Assembly: GCA_029269845.2 (NCBI GenBank)
Contig: CP149973.1
Location: 840,001 to 872,000 of the forward strand
From: Opitutia bacterium KCR 482
GTDB taxonomy: Bacteria > Verrucomicrobiota > Verrucomicrobiia > Opitutales > Intestinicryptomonadaceae
DNA length: 32,000 nt
Reading direction: 5' to 3'
This document shows positions 18,001 to 24,692 of the stretch, piece after piece (the first letter of the stretch is position 1; each line of letters begins with the position of its first letter). The notes below the pieces were generated by a model. That model had not been told where the DNA came from. It saw only the letters and a program-made list of their open reading frames with translations, and did not search any database. Both the position numbers and the translations under genes were made by a program.

Positions 18001-18789
18001 ATACTGTGGTTATCAAATAAAACTTTTACAATAAATTTCCTATGCGAAGTCTTAGATAAAGCAAGGGAGCGCAAATATCATGAATTTATAGCGTCTTCTT
18101 ATTATGAAATTATTATAATTTTTAAAAAAATATATTCACACCCTGAGATTAAAAATGTGGATAAAAATTTGATGGTAGGATTAGAAATATCATATTTGGG
18201 AATTTTTAATGGATATAACGACATTGAACCCTTATTTCTCCAAGATAATATTTTTTCTAGTCCACAATTCTATATAGATCTTGTAAAGGGCGCATATAAG
18301 AATGATAAAATGGAGGAATTCGTTAAGGATTCTAATTTGTCCGAGATGAGTTATCGCATACTAGATGAAATTAGAAATGTTCCTGGAAAAAATGAAGAAA
18401 CTTTTGATGATACAATTTATAAAGAATGGATTCAGGAAATAATTAAGTTATCTAAAGAACAAGAATATTTCGTTGGTGTAAAATGCGCCTTACCTAAGGT
18501 TCTTATACATACGCCTGCAGACGAAAAAGATGGGATATGGCCGCATCGTGCATTAAGAGATATTTTAGAAGAACTTAAAGATCCTGATTTAGAATTAAAT
18601 TTAGTCATTGCAAAAATGAATTCTAGAGGAGTTCGGTCAGGAAGTTTTAAACAAGAAAAAGATGAAGCAAAATATTACAGAGAACAAGCATCGAAATTAG
18701 CAATAATCTACCCACGAACTTCTTTAATTTTAAATAAGATCGCAGCCGAATTAGATTCATATGCAGATTTTTTTATCGATGAATTCTAA
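15085..18789 (+). CDS. Large hypothetical protein (1,234 aa), no recognisable family. It has a short mixed N-terminal domain followed by a long, apparently helical-repeat body.
   Basis: A single uninterrupted low-GC ORF with only short antisense ORFs. Scanning by eye found no Walker A (GxxxxGK[ST]). The N-terminal GYDGDLFIPE...SVWELSNQVDIDGKANSDYNKR is only loosely nuclease-like. Confidence 0.85.
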   Translation: MENNYTYDITRLDLENLAQRTSMRYNMSTHIRDLLFNFFGIRATVKFQGSEDVGSPGYDGDLFIPEDMKNPIFPEGNSVWELSNQVDIDGKANSDYNKRLANADSQKTYVQATFRRWDNKEKWAEEKRNEGKWKDVIALDSRDFESIFNNPQSGSARLRLLTCLGKVTTGVKFVESEWERIYSRLGEKQLLPKSYLMGQTKAITDLNEFLCSEDRIIYVRSDFSSSDSKAFLLAFFVHNKEHSPSVVIVENKDVLDYLIDMGFSGIIIVDPSLKLSGETFYRCNSSNAKILLPIYSITNAKKAIQLNRLPNTSYVELLQNIGFSEEDSMRYSNMTNGSLTCLRCFINDSFPVSPCALNDKSYTLFAVGSWDVNFPGDVNTLERLAKVSYAEIETTVRDMEQYEYPFIVGAKKKVSSYNKIGAWFFFAPHITSSFIDSFLNEAYNVLTDVDPKWDLTADKRFAAELYGKKAKYSNTIKRGIAETLLYMMAFADRAPDMKSHLVAGIKRLLIRVYECLDTWEKWASVDSILPLLAEADPDIFLEYMERTIASKQQLFIELLSDDKDSFTFGDCKHSGLLWGLELVLCFPEHSRRTADVLVDLAVIDPMGNWGNRPKNSLTRIFLYWLPQIPLKIEDRLSILKSLYKKHTNIAISIIKSIINTHTSGQIYYPKITKYELWKDNKEDSTFYYSELCNFYLEVARDHPKEIVYLLDNLGFHRGLQFKLYELLNGIDISAWNDSDRLKIWEKVRNDIWSYNQFEGHQNWQITPQRKETLRVLYNKFKPKDKIVLYSKYFEQGLRLAEYNDVPKDLKEREIYNRDFQKKALEEFLREFGVDGLLSLVKISEDVNAIVRAIEDAKDIDAIFNSIPSCLNSDNPKLFNFAQLLLYHIYNVNRQFVLSYIANSSFDDIMKSKIFASLPYDDGVKLLLDQASSTIKENYWVNLSLIPIDPNSEYIEEIASGLLFAERIKDLIKILWLSNKTFTINFLCEVLDKARERKYHEFIASSYYEIIIIFKKIYSHPEIKNVDKNLMVGLEISYLGIFNGYNDIEPLFLQDNIFSSPQFYIDLVKGAYKNDKMEEFVKDSNLSEMSYRILDEIRNVPGKNEETFDDTIYKEWIQEIIKLSKEQEYFVGVKCALPKVLIHTPADEKDGIWPHRALRDILEELKDPDLELNLVIAKMNSRGVRSGSFKQEKDEAKYYREQASKLAIIYPRTSLILNKIAAELDSYADFFIDEF

Positions 18790-18833
18790 AATAGCGCAAG
18801 AGAAATATTATCTAAAAATAATAAATAAAAATG

Positions 18834-18862
18834 TTGCGTATTTTGTCGTGATGTGGTAATAT
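18834..18862 (+). promoter_or_regulatory. Sigma70-like promoter with an extended -10 element.
   Basis: TTGCGT-N17-TAATAT with TGg immediately upstream of the -10. It lies 23 nt upstream of the ATG at 18885. Confidence 0.45.
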
Positions 18863-18884
18863 AGATACCATAACGGGACAGGGT

Positions 18885-19367
18885 ATGATGATAAGCAAGA
18901 CGAAGATTTCAACTGAGGGGTTTGAGAAGGTTGAGATTACTGCGGAGATGGCTGAGATATTCGGGCTTCCGAAGAAAGCCATTGGGAAATGGGCGGTTGT
19001 TGCAGAAGATGATGTTGAGCGTCGCTTAATGAAAGTTCGTTTAGACGGCTATTTTGCGGACGACAAGTACAACAATCATCAGCGCATTTCCAACAGGATT
19101 TGGGGGCAGATGTTTGGCGGGGTGCGCTGTGCAAAATTTGAATTTTCCAAGCTATGCACGCGCAAGAAGAACTGGATATTGGCGCTTATTGACGAATTTG
19201 AGAAAATCCCCGAACTTGCCGTATCTCTGCGGAAGTTGAGCTTTGACGACATCGTTTTGCAAATTATAGACGACACGAATTCTGAGCGTCCGCAGGGCAA
19301 GGCGTACAGCTCGATTGCGAGCGCGATAACCTATTGGAAATACAAATATGGAGACAATGGAAGATGA
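18885..19367 (+). CDS. Hypothetical protein (160 aa).
   Basis: The ORF has mid-range GC, unlike the AT-rich gene upstream. A GGGACAGGG purine run precedes the ATG. I recognise no motif. Confidence 0.6.
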   Translation: MMISKTKISTEGFEKVEITAEMAEIFGLPKKAIGKWAVVAEDDVERRLMKVRLDGYFADDKYNNHQRISNRIWGQMFGGVRCAKFEFSKLCTRKKNWILALIDEFEKIPELAVSLRKLSFDDIVLQIIDDTNSERPQGKAYSSIASAITYWKYKYGDNGR

Positions 19368-19410
19368 AAATCCGTCAAAATGATTGGTCAGAATTTGGTA
19401 AGGATTTTAT

Positions 19411-19482
19411 CGTAAAAATGCGCAAAAATACAGGGTTTTTGCCTTGTATTTGTGCTTACCACATACGTAAAAATGCGCAAAA
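19411..19482 (+). repeat. 17-bp perfect direct repeat, two copies 55 bp apart.
   Basis: CGTAAAAATGCGCAAAA occurs at 19411-19427 and 19466-19482, about 90-160 bp from the tRNA fragment. Confidence 0.8.
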
Positions 19483-19570
19483 GTTTTTAAAAACCGACAT
19501 TTGCAACATCACAAGCATCAACAACATACAAAACCAAGAAAGCCCGAAAATGAATACAACCAGAAGGAGA

Positions 19571-19616
19571 TTAGGAAACGCTCGTTCTATCCGTTGAACT
19601 ACATGGGCGGGATAAA
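19571..19616 (-). pseudogene. Fragment of tRNA-Arg(CCU): the 5' half through the anticodon loop plus 8 nt of 5' flank. Not a functional tRNA.
   Basis: The reverse complement TTTATCCCGCCCATGTAGTTCAACGGATAGAACGAGCGTTTCCTAA matches 4793-4838 at 44 of 46 positions. The downstream sequence (TCTCC...) cannot form the anticodon stem or a T arm. Confidence 0.85.
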
Positions 19617-19786
19617 TTAGGTAAAAGAATGCACAGCTTCCTTTTAAAGTCAATCTAATTTCAGCCGTATAGGGTGTGTTTTAGCGGTATACGATTTTTG
19701 TTTTTTTGAAAAAAAACGCATCGTCGAATATTATATCTTTTCATTATATAGCAACTATGTCTTGATTTTCGTTATATGCTTGCGCG

Positions 19787-19818
19787 AAAAAGCCTTCGGG
19801 AAATCCCGAAGGCTTTTG
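19787..19818 (-). terminator. Intrinsic terminator downstream of the secretin gene (hairpin with A/T runs on both sides).
   Basis: AAAAAGCCTTCGGG-AAAT-CCCGAAGGCTTTT lies 17 nt beyond the secretin stop. Confidence 0.8.
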
Positions 19819-19834
19819 CATTACAAATTCAGCT

Positions 19835-22618
19835 TTACTTTTCTGCGCCTGCGTTTTCCGTTTCCAGCACGCGCTGTACCGCTCCGCCGGGGGATACGAT
19901 AATCGGGTTCTGGAACACGCTGCCGGGGCGCATTTCTTGGAACTGTTCGCGGCCTGCGCTGCCTCCGGGGGAGATTCTGTTGACTGTGACGAATATCAAC
20001 AGGTTCTTCTTCTGGCGCGTTTCACCCTTCGACTGGAACAGTCTGCCGACCCACGGAATATCGCCAAGTACCGGCACGCGGTCGTCAACTGTGATAACTT
20101 GTTCGCGTGTCAAACCGCCCATTACCAGTGTTGCGCCGTCGAACACCGTTACCGATGTGCGTACTTCGCGTACCGAGAACACGGGCTGAATGAAGCCGGA
20201 CGGTACTGTTACCGTTGTGCCGCTCGAGATAGCGACTGCGACGCCGCCGTATTCGAGGAAGCCTTCGAATTCTGTTACGCGGGGGTTCAAGACTAAGTTT
20301 ATCGAGCCGTCTTCTTCGACGTTCGGGGTTACTTCCATAACGACACCGACGTCGTATTTTGTAAAGTCGGTCGGAGTACCGGGGGTGATTGTTACACCAG
20401 CCGAACCAGAGCTACCAGAGCTGCTACTCGACGAAGTACCGACGTTCGACTGCATGTCGCCCCAGCTTTCGGGGTAGCGCATTTGTTGCGAAACCGTAAT
20501 CGAAGCTGTCGAGCCGGAGATTACCGTTACTTTCGGAGCGCAGAGCAGGTCGGAACCGTTCTTCTGTTCCAGTGCGCGGACTTGGAGGTCGAACGCATAG
20601 GAATTGAGGAAGCCGATGAAGCCCGACGTTGTATCGGTCGAATTTCCGCCGATATTGATTGTCGAAGGCAGGGAGGGAACCGAGGGATAGAGAGTTGTCG
20701 GTTCGACAGCACTACCCGCTTCGGTAATCTGAATCGGGGTTCTGCCCGCGTTTGTACTCTGAGCGGAATCTTTCAGCGAGCGGTTGCTCGAAGCGAACAT
20801 TGTCGTTTTGCCGAGAATTTCGTTCTTGGAGTCGAACTGCGCGACTGTCCAGTTGAAGCCGAGTTCTTTAAGGTCGCCCTGGCTGACTTCCATGAATTTG
20901 GCTTCGATTTCGACCTGCTTGATTTCGCTATAACGCAGGAGGATATTGCGAACCTTATCGAGGTTGCGGCGGGTGTTTGTTACCCAAAGTTTCGTTCCGT
21001 CGAACGCGAGGTTTGCGCCCTGACCGAATTCAACGCCCGCTTTGATGAGGAATTGCTTGATGGCTTCGCCTTTGTTGTCGTCGCCGCCGCCTGCCGCAGC
21101 CGTGTCGAACGGATTGTCCGAGCCTGCGCTGCCCGCCGCTTTGATACCAATCATGCGCGTTACCGCCGCCTGGGTAATCGGGAAGTCGAGCGTATCCATC
21201 GAGCTTGTCGCGCTGGAAGTGTCGGACGCCTTGCGGACTACGATTGTGTCGTTTTCGATGTCGTACTGGTATCCCGCCTGTTGCGTTACCCAATTAAGGA
21301 TTTGTCCGAGGGGAAGGTCGCGGAGAGTAAGAACAACGTTCTTTGTTTCGCCGCCCGTATCAAAGAGGACGATGTTTACGCCCTTTTTGCCTTCTGTGGA
21401 TTTGTCGTAGTCTACCGACAGAACCGACAAAGTGTTGATAGCCTGCGCGAGCGGAACTCCGGGATCGGGGAAGCTTACGTTGGGGATAACGATATTGCGC
21501 AGTTTTGCGTCTACAACCGAATCCGTGCGCGTACCGCCCATATCGACGCTTGCGCCCGAATATACCTGCGGGCGAACCCAGCTCTGGTTTACTTCGTCAA
21601 GCATCGATTCGCGGGTTGCGAGGTAGGAGAGTTTTCCGGGGGTCAGCAACTTTTCGGCGACGAGGCGCAGGTACGCTTTTGCCTGAATGTTGTTGGCGTC
21701 GAGAGTTTCGATTTGGCGGAATGTCGAGCGGGCGCCCGCGTAGTCGCCGTAGAGGTACTGTCTGCGACCCTTTTCGAGGAGCGCGTTGACTCTTTCGAGT
21801 CTGACAGAGTAGTCGGGGCTTACGTCCGAAATCTTGTTGTTATAGGGGTTTTCCTCGAAAGCGTCAACTTCCGCGGTAAATTGCTGGGCCTTTGCCTGAT
21901 TTTCTTCGGCGGCGGCGTATTCGCCTGCGAATTTCTTGGCGTTCTTCACGTCGCGGTCGGCCATTGCGATGTTCGCGCGTTCCTTTGCCATTGTGGCTCT
22001 TGCGCGTTTGAGTTCCGAGCGGACTTGGTCGCTTGCGGGCGAGTATTCGTAGGAGGCGATTTTTTCGTCGGCAAGAGTCAGTTTTTCCGTCGCGACGTCC
22101 CAGTTACCCGAATCCATTGCGTCGTAGGCTTCGTCGATGAGGTCGAAAGCCGCGAGAATCGAGAGCTGTTGTTTGCGGGTCGCCTCCGAGACTACTGCGT
22201 CTGAGGGGGCTTCGGCTTTTGCCTCTTCCTTGTCTTCAACCTTGGCGGCTTCAGCTTTTTCAGCTTCCGCCTTTACGGCTTCTTCCTTTGCGACTTTCTG
22301 CGCCGCTTCAACCTTGTCCGCCGCAACCTGACCCGTCAAAACGGGCGTTTCGCCCTTGGACTGGCGTTCGATATCGGCGTTGACGTCTGCGAGCATGCGC
22401 TGTACGCTTTCGTCGTTCGGTGCGAGCTTCACAAGCTCTTCGAGAGCCTGTTTCGACGCCTTAAAGTCGCCGCTGTCGCGCGCCTGAACGGCCGTAACCA
22501 TCAAGCGTATTTTCTCTTGCGTATTGTCTGCCTGTGCGGCGGACGCAACGCCCGCGAACGCCGTGCACGCCATTATAGCCGCCACAGCCGCCCGTTTCTG
22601 GATTCTGTTTATTTTCAT
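19835..22618 (-). CDS. Secretin (type II/III secretion / PilQ family outer-membrane channel) with a long N-terminal extension.
   Basis: The signal peptide is MKINRIQKRAAVAAIMACTAFAGVASAAQA. The C-terminal secretin signature is DRVPVLGDIPWVGRLFQSKGETRQKKNLLIFVTV. The N-terminus has an Ala/Glu/Lys-rich low-complexity stretch and TPR-like helices. Confidence 0.92.
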   Translation of the reverse strand: MKINRIQKRAAVAAIMACTAFAGVASAAQADNTQEKIRLMVTAVQARDSGDFKASKQALEELVKLAPNDESVQRMLADVNADIERQSKGETPVLTGQVAADKVEAAQKVAKEEAVKAEAEKAEAAKVEDKEEAKAEAPSDAVVSEATRKQQLSILAAFDLIDEAYDAMDSGNWDVATEKLTLADEKIASYEYSPASDQVRSELKRARATMAKERANIAMADRDVKNAKKFAGEYAAAEENQAKAQQFTAEVDAFEENPYNNKISDVSPDYSVRLERVNALLEKGRRQYLYGDYAGARSTFRQIETLDANNIQAKAYLRLVAEKLLTPGKLSYLATRESMLDEVNQSWVRPQVYSGASVDMGGTRTDSVVDAKLRNIVIPNVSFPDPGVPLAQAINTLSVLSVDYDKSTEGKKGVNIVLFDTGGETKNVVLTLRDLPLGQILNWVTQQAGYQYDIENDTIVVRKASDTSSATSSMDTLDFPITQAAVTRMIGIKAAGSAGSDNPFDTAAAGGGDDNKGEAIKQFLIKAGVEFGQGANLAFDGTKLWVTNTRRNLDKVRNILLRYSEIKQVEIEAKFMEVSQGDLKELGFNWTVAQFDSKNEILGKTTMFASSNRSLKDSAQSTNAGRTPIQITEAGSAVEPTTLYPSVPSLPSTINIGGNSTDTTSGFIGFLNSYAFDLQVRALEQKNGSDLLCAPKVTVISGSTASITVSQQMRYPESWGDMQSNVGTSSSSSSGSSGSAGVTITPGTPTDFTKYDVGVVMEVTPNVEEDGSINLVLNPRVTEFEGFLEYGGVAVAISSGTTVTVPSGFIQPVFSVREVRTSVTVFDGATLVMGGLTREQVITVDDRVPVLGDIPWVGRLFQSKGETRQKKNLLIFVTVNRISPGGSAGREQFQEMRPGSVFQNPIIVSPGGAVQRVLETENAGAEK

Positions 22619-22686
22619 ATTAGCTGTATTTGTAATTTGTTGGAGAATTAATGTAGACGTTTTTCGAAAAAATTAAAGAATTATTT

Positions 22687-23571
22687 TTATCTTTTCGATT
22701 TTTTTACGGGCGCGACGCCCGCTTCTGACAAAGTCATGGTTTGCGGAGTAATGTCTTTATCGGAGGGTACCATTTCCACTACCGCGCTTCCTTTGTCAAA
22801 ATCAACCGACTTCACCGTGTATGTCGCGTTGGCGACTTCCTTCGATTCGCCCGCGCCCTTCACGTGCCACTGGCCGCCGTCGGGCAGCAGGAACGTCATT
22901 CTGCGACTGTCCTCAATCACGGTCGGTTTATTCGAATACACCGTGATTTCCTTGCCCAATTTTTTGTCGAACAAAACGACTTTCACAACCTGCGCAATCG
23001 TATTGTCGGCGTTCTTTACGCGCTGGCGGTCGAACGATTTTACAACCAGCCCGACATCGACCGTTTCCGCCGTGCCGTTTTTGCCCATTACCTGCATTGT
23101 CACGGGCTGGTTGAGGCGGGCGTTGAAGAACGCCTTTGTCGATTCGTTGCGAAGCTGGATGAGCGGGTTTTCAAAGCTGCCCATTGCGCCGACGTATTTA
23201 ATCGGATACGGTTCGTTCGAGATTCCGCCGAATTTGAGCGCGAACGACTGCCGCGCCATCGCCTTGATAAGCGGCGATTCCGTGATGAATTTGCCGTCTT
23301 CGTCGACCCAGATTTGCGGGGGCGTGAAGACCTGGAAGAACCATCTGCCGTCTTCGTCCTGCGGGCGGACTTCCGGCCATTCAATCGGCTTGATTTCCAA
23401 GCGCGGAACGGCCACTTCCTTCCATTCCATGCCTTTCGCCTTTTTTGCGAGCAACGCCTCCGCCTTGTCCGCCGATTCGGCGATTTTGGGTTTGTTCATT
23501 ACATAGTATCCGCACGATGCGCCGAGCACAACAAGCGATACCAGAAAGAAAATTTTGTCGTAATATTTCAT
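22687..23571 (-). CDS. Membrane-anchored hypothetical protein of the pilus-like cluster (positional equivalent of Amuc_1099).
   Basis: The N-terminal TM segment is IFFLVSLVVLGASCGYYVM. It is packed between the secretin and the Amuc_1100-like gene. Confidence 0.7.
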   Translation of the reverse strand: MKYYDKIFFLVSLVVLGASCGYYVMNKPKIAESADKAEALLAKKAKGMEWKEVAVPRLEIKPIEWPEVRPQDEDGRWFFQVFTPPQIWVDEDGKFITESPLIKAMARQSFALKFGGISNEPYPIKYVGAMGSFENPLIQLRNESTKAFFNARLNQPVTMQVMGKNGTAETVDVGLVVKSFDRQRVKNADNTIAQVVKVVLFDKKLGKEITVYSNKPTVIEDSRRMTFLLPDGGQWHVKGAGESKEVANATYTVKSVDFDKGSAVVEMVPSDKDITPQTMTLSEAGVAPVKKSKR

Positions 23572-23582
23572 ATCGCGTTCCT

Positions 23583-24668
23583 TTATTTAGCTTCGGCGGC
23601 GGGCTTTTTGTTTTGGTCGGGCTTTACGACCTCGACGTATTCTATTACAACCGTAAATTCCGAAACGTTGTCGGTTACAACAGGCGTGCGCGACGCCTGC
23701 TGCTGTTGCTGCTGGTCCGAGCCGTCGGTCTGGGCGGCGGCGGCCGCTTCGGCGTTTGCCGCCGCGCCGAAGATTGCGTCAAGACCCGTGGGCGCGGACT
23801 GCGCGTTGGCGTCTCCGAAATCGTCGGAGGGCTTTTCTTTGAGCTGTTCGAGCTGGGAGTAGTCGGCGGGTTTTACGTCGATACTGCGCACAACGAGCAT
23901 TGCGTCGAAATCTTTGAGCTGGTTGAGGAATCTGCGGAGCACGTCGGTGTGCCCTGCGAACGTGAATTTGTATGCAATCGTATCGAGACTGCCGGCCTTG
24001 CGGGCGGTGATTGCGGGGTCGATTTTGAAGTTGTCGCCCGACTGCAAGTCCGCATTGCGGCGGGCGCGCGCGTTGCGGCGTTGTTTGCCGTCGTCCTTGA
24101 CGCCCTCTTCGGGGAGGAGTTCGCGCTGGACGTTCAGAATCCACATCGGCGACTTGTCCGACTTGCATGCGAAGAGTTTTTTATTCACATAATTGAGAAC
24201 GCACGCCTGTTTCCAGATTGCCGCAAGCGCCTCTTCCTTCGGGGGTTCTGCGTTGGGGGCTACGTATTTTTTGAAGCCGAAGTCCATCGAGTCGGAAAGG
24301 TCGATTTCGAGCTTTCTTGCCTCCTTGCGCCACGAGTTTACGAAGCCGCGGAGCTGTTCGACCAGCTGGTAGCCCTCTTTCGCGGTGAGCGGCTTGAAGA
24401 TTGACGCCGACGCGCGGGTCAGGTCTTTTTCGAGAAATGCCAAGTGGCCTTTGAGTTTGTCGATGTTAGACTTCGACGCGTCGATTGCCTTTTGCGTGGG
24501 ATCGTCCGCGAGGGCGTCTCTGTACGAATTCATTTCGCGCGAGAGTTTTTTGGAGACCGTTGCGCGCTGCGAATTCAGGTAGACGTCGAAGCCCGCCATG
24601 CCCGCAAACGCGAGAAGCAGCACCGCCGTCACGACGAAAAACAGGGGATATTTCTTAAAGTATTTCAT
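23583..24668 (-). CDS. Amuc_1100-like pilus-associated membrane protein.
   Basis: The architecture matches my memory of Akkermansia Amuc_1100. It has an N-terminal TM and a coiled coil. The segment FTFAGHTDVLRRFLNQLKDFDAMLVVRSIDVK compares with Amuc_1100 LEIAFQGDRESVLKAMNAI...FTVNSIRIRNE. An Ala/Gln-rich linker and a terminal beta segment (EFTVVIEYVEVVKP) follow. Confidence 0.55.
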   Translation of the reverse strand: MKYFKKYPLFFVVTAVLLLAFAGMAGFDVYLNSQRATVSKKLSREMNSYRDALADDPTQKAIDASKSNIDKLKGHLAFLEKDLTRASASIFKPLTAKEGYQLVEQLRGFVNSWRKEARKLEIDLSDSMDFGFKKYVAPNAEPPKEEALAAIWKQACVLNYVNKKLFACKSDKSPMWILNVQRELLPEEGVKDDGKQRRNARARRNADLQSGDNFKIDPAITARKAGSLDTIAYKFTFAGHTDVLRRFLNQLKDFDAMLVVRSIDVKPADYSQLEQLKEKPSDDFGDANAQSAPTGLDAIFGAAANAEAAAAAQTDGSDQQQQQQASRTPVVTDNVSEFTVVIEYVEVVKPDQNKKPAAEAK

Positions 24669-24692
24669 AGGGATTTTTCTCTCCGCAATAAA

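Noticed and set aside
19334-19597. 87-aa ORF (or the 77-aa version from the ATGA overlap at 19364) downstream of the 160-aa gene.
   Set aside because: It reads through two 17-bp direct repeats and into the tRNA fragment and has a low-complexity, implausible sequence. The ATGA overlap keeps a small residual possibility that it is real.
19540-19616. A second complete tRNA-Arg gene on the minus strand.
   Set aside because: After the anticodon loop the sequence (TCTCCTTCTGGTTGTATTCATTTTCGGGC) cannot pair with the anticodon stem, lacks a GTTCGAnnC T-loop, and gives only a partial acceptor match. It is a fragment.
20483-22204. 573-aa plus-strand ORF, together with 19776-20189, 19937-20296 and other ORFs antisense to the secretin gene.
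   Set aside because: These are Arg/Cys/Val-rich nonsense-like sequences entirely inside a well-supported minus-strand secretin gene. They are typical GC-rich shadow ORFs.
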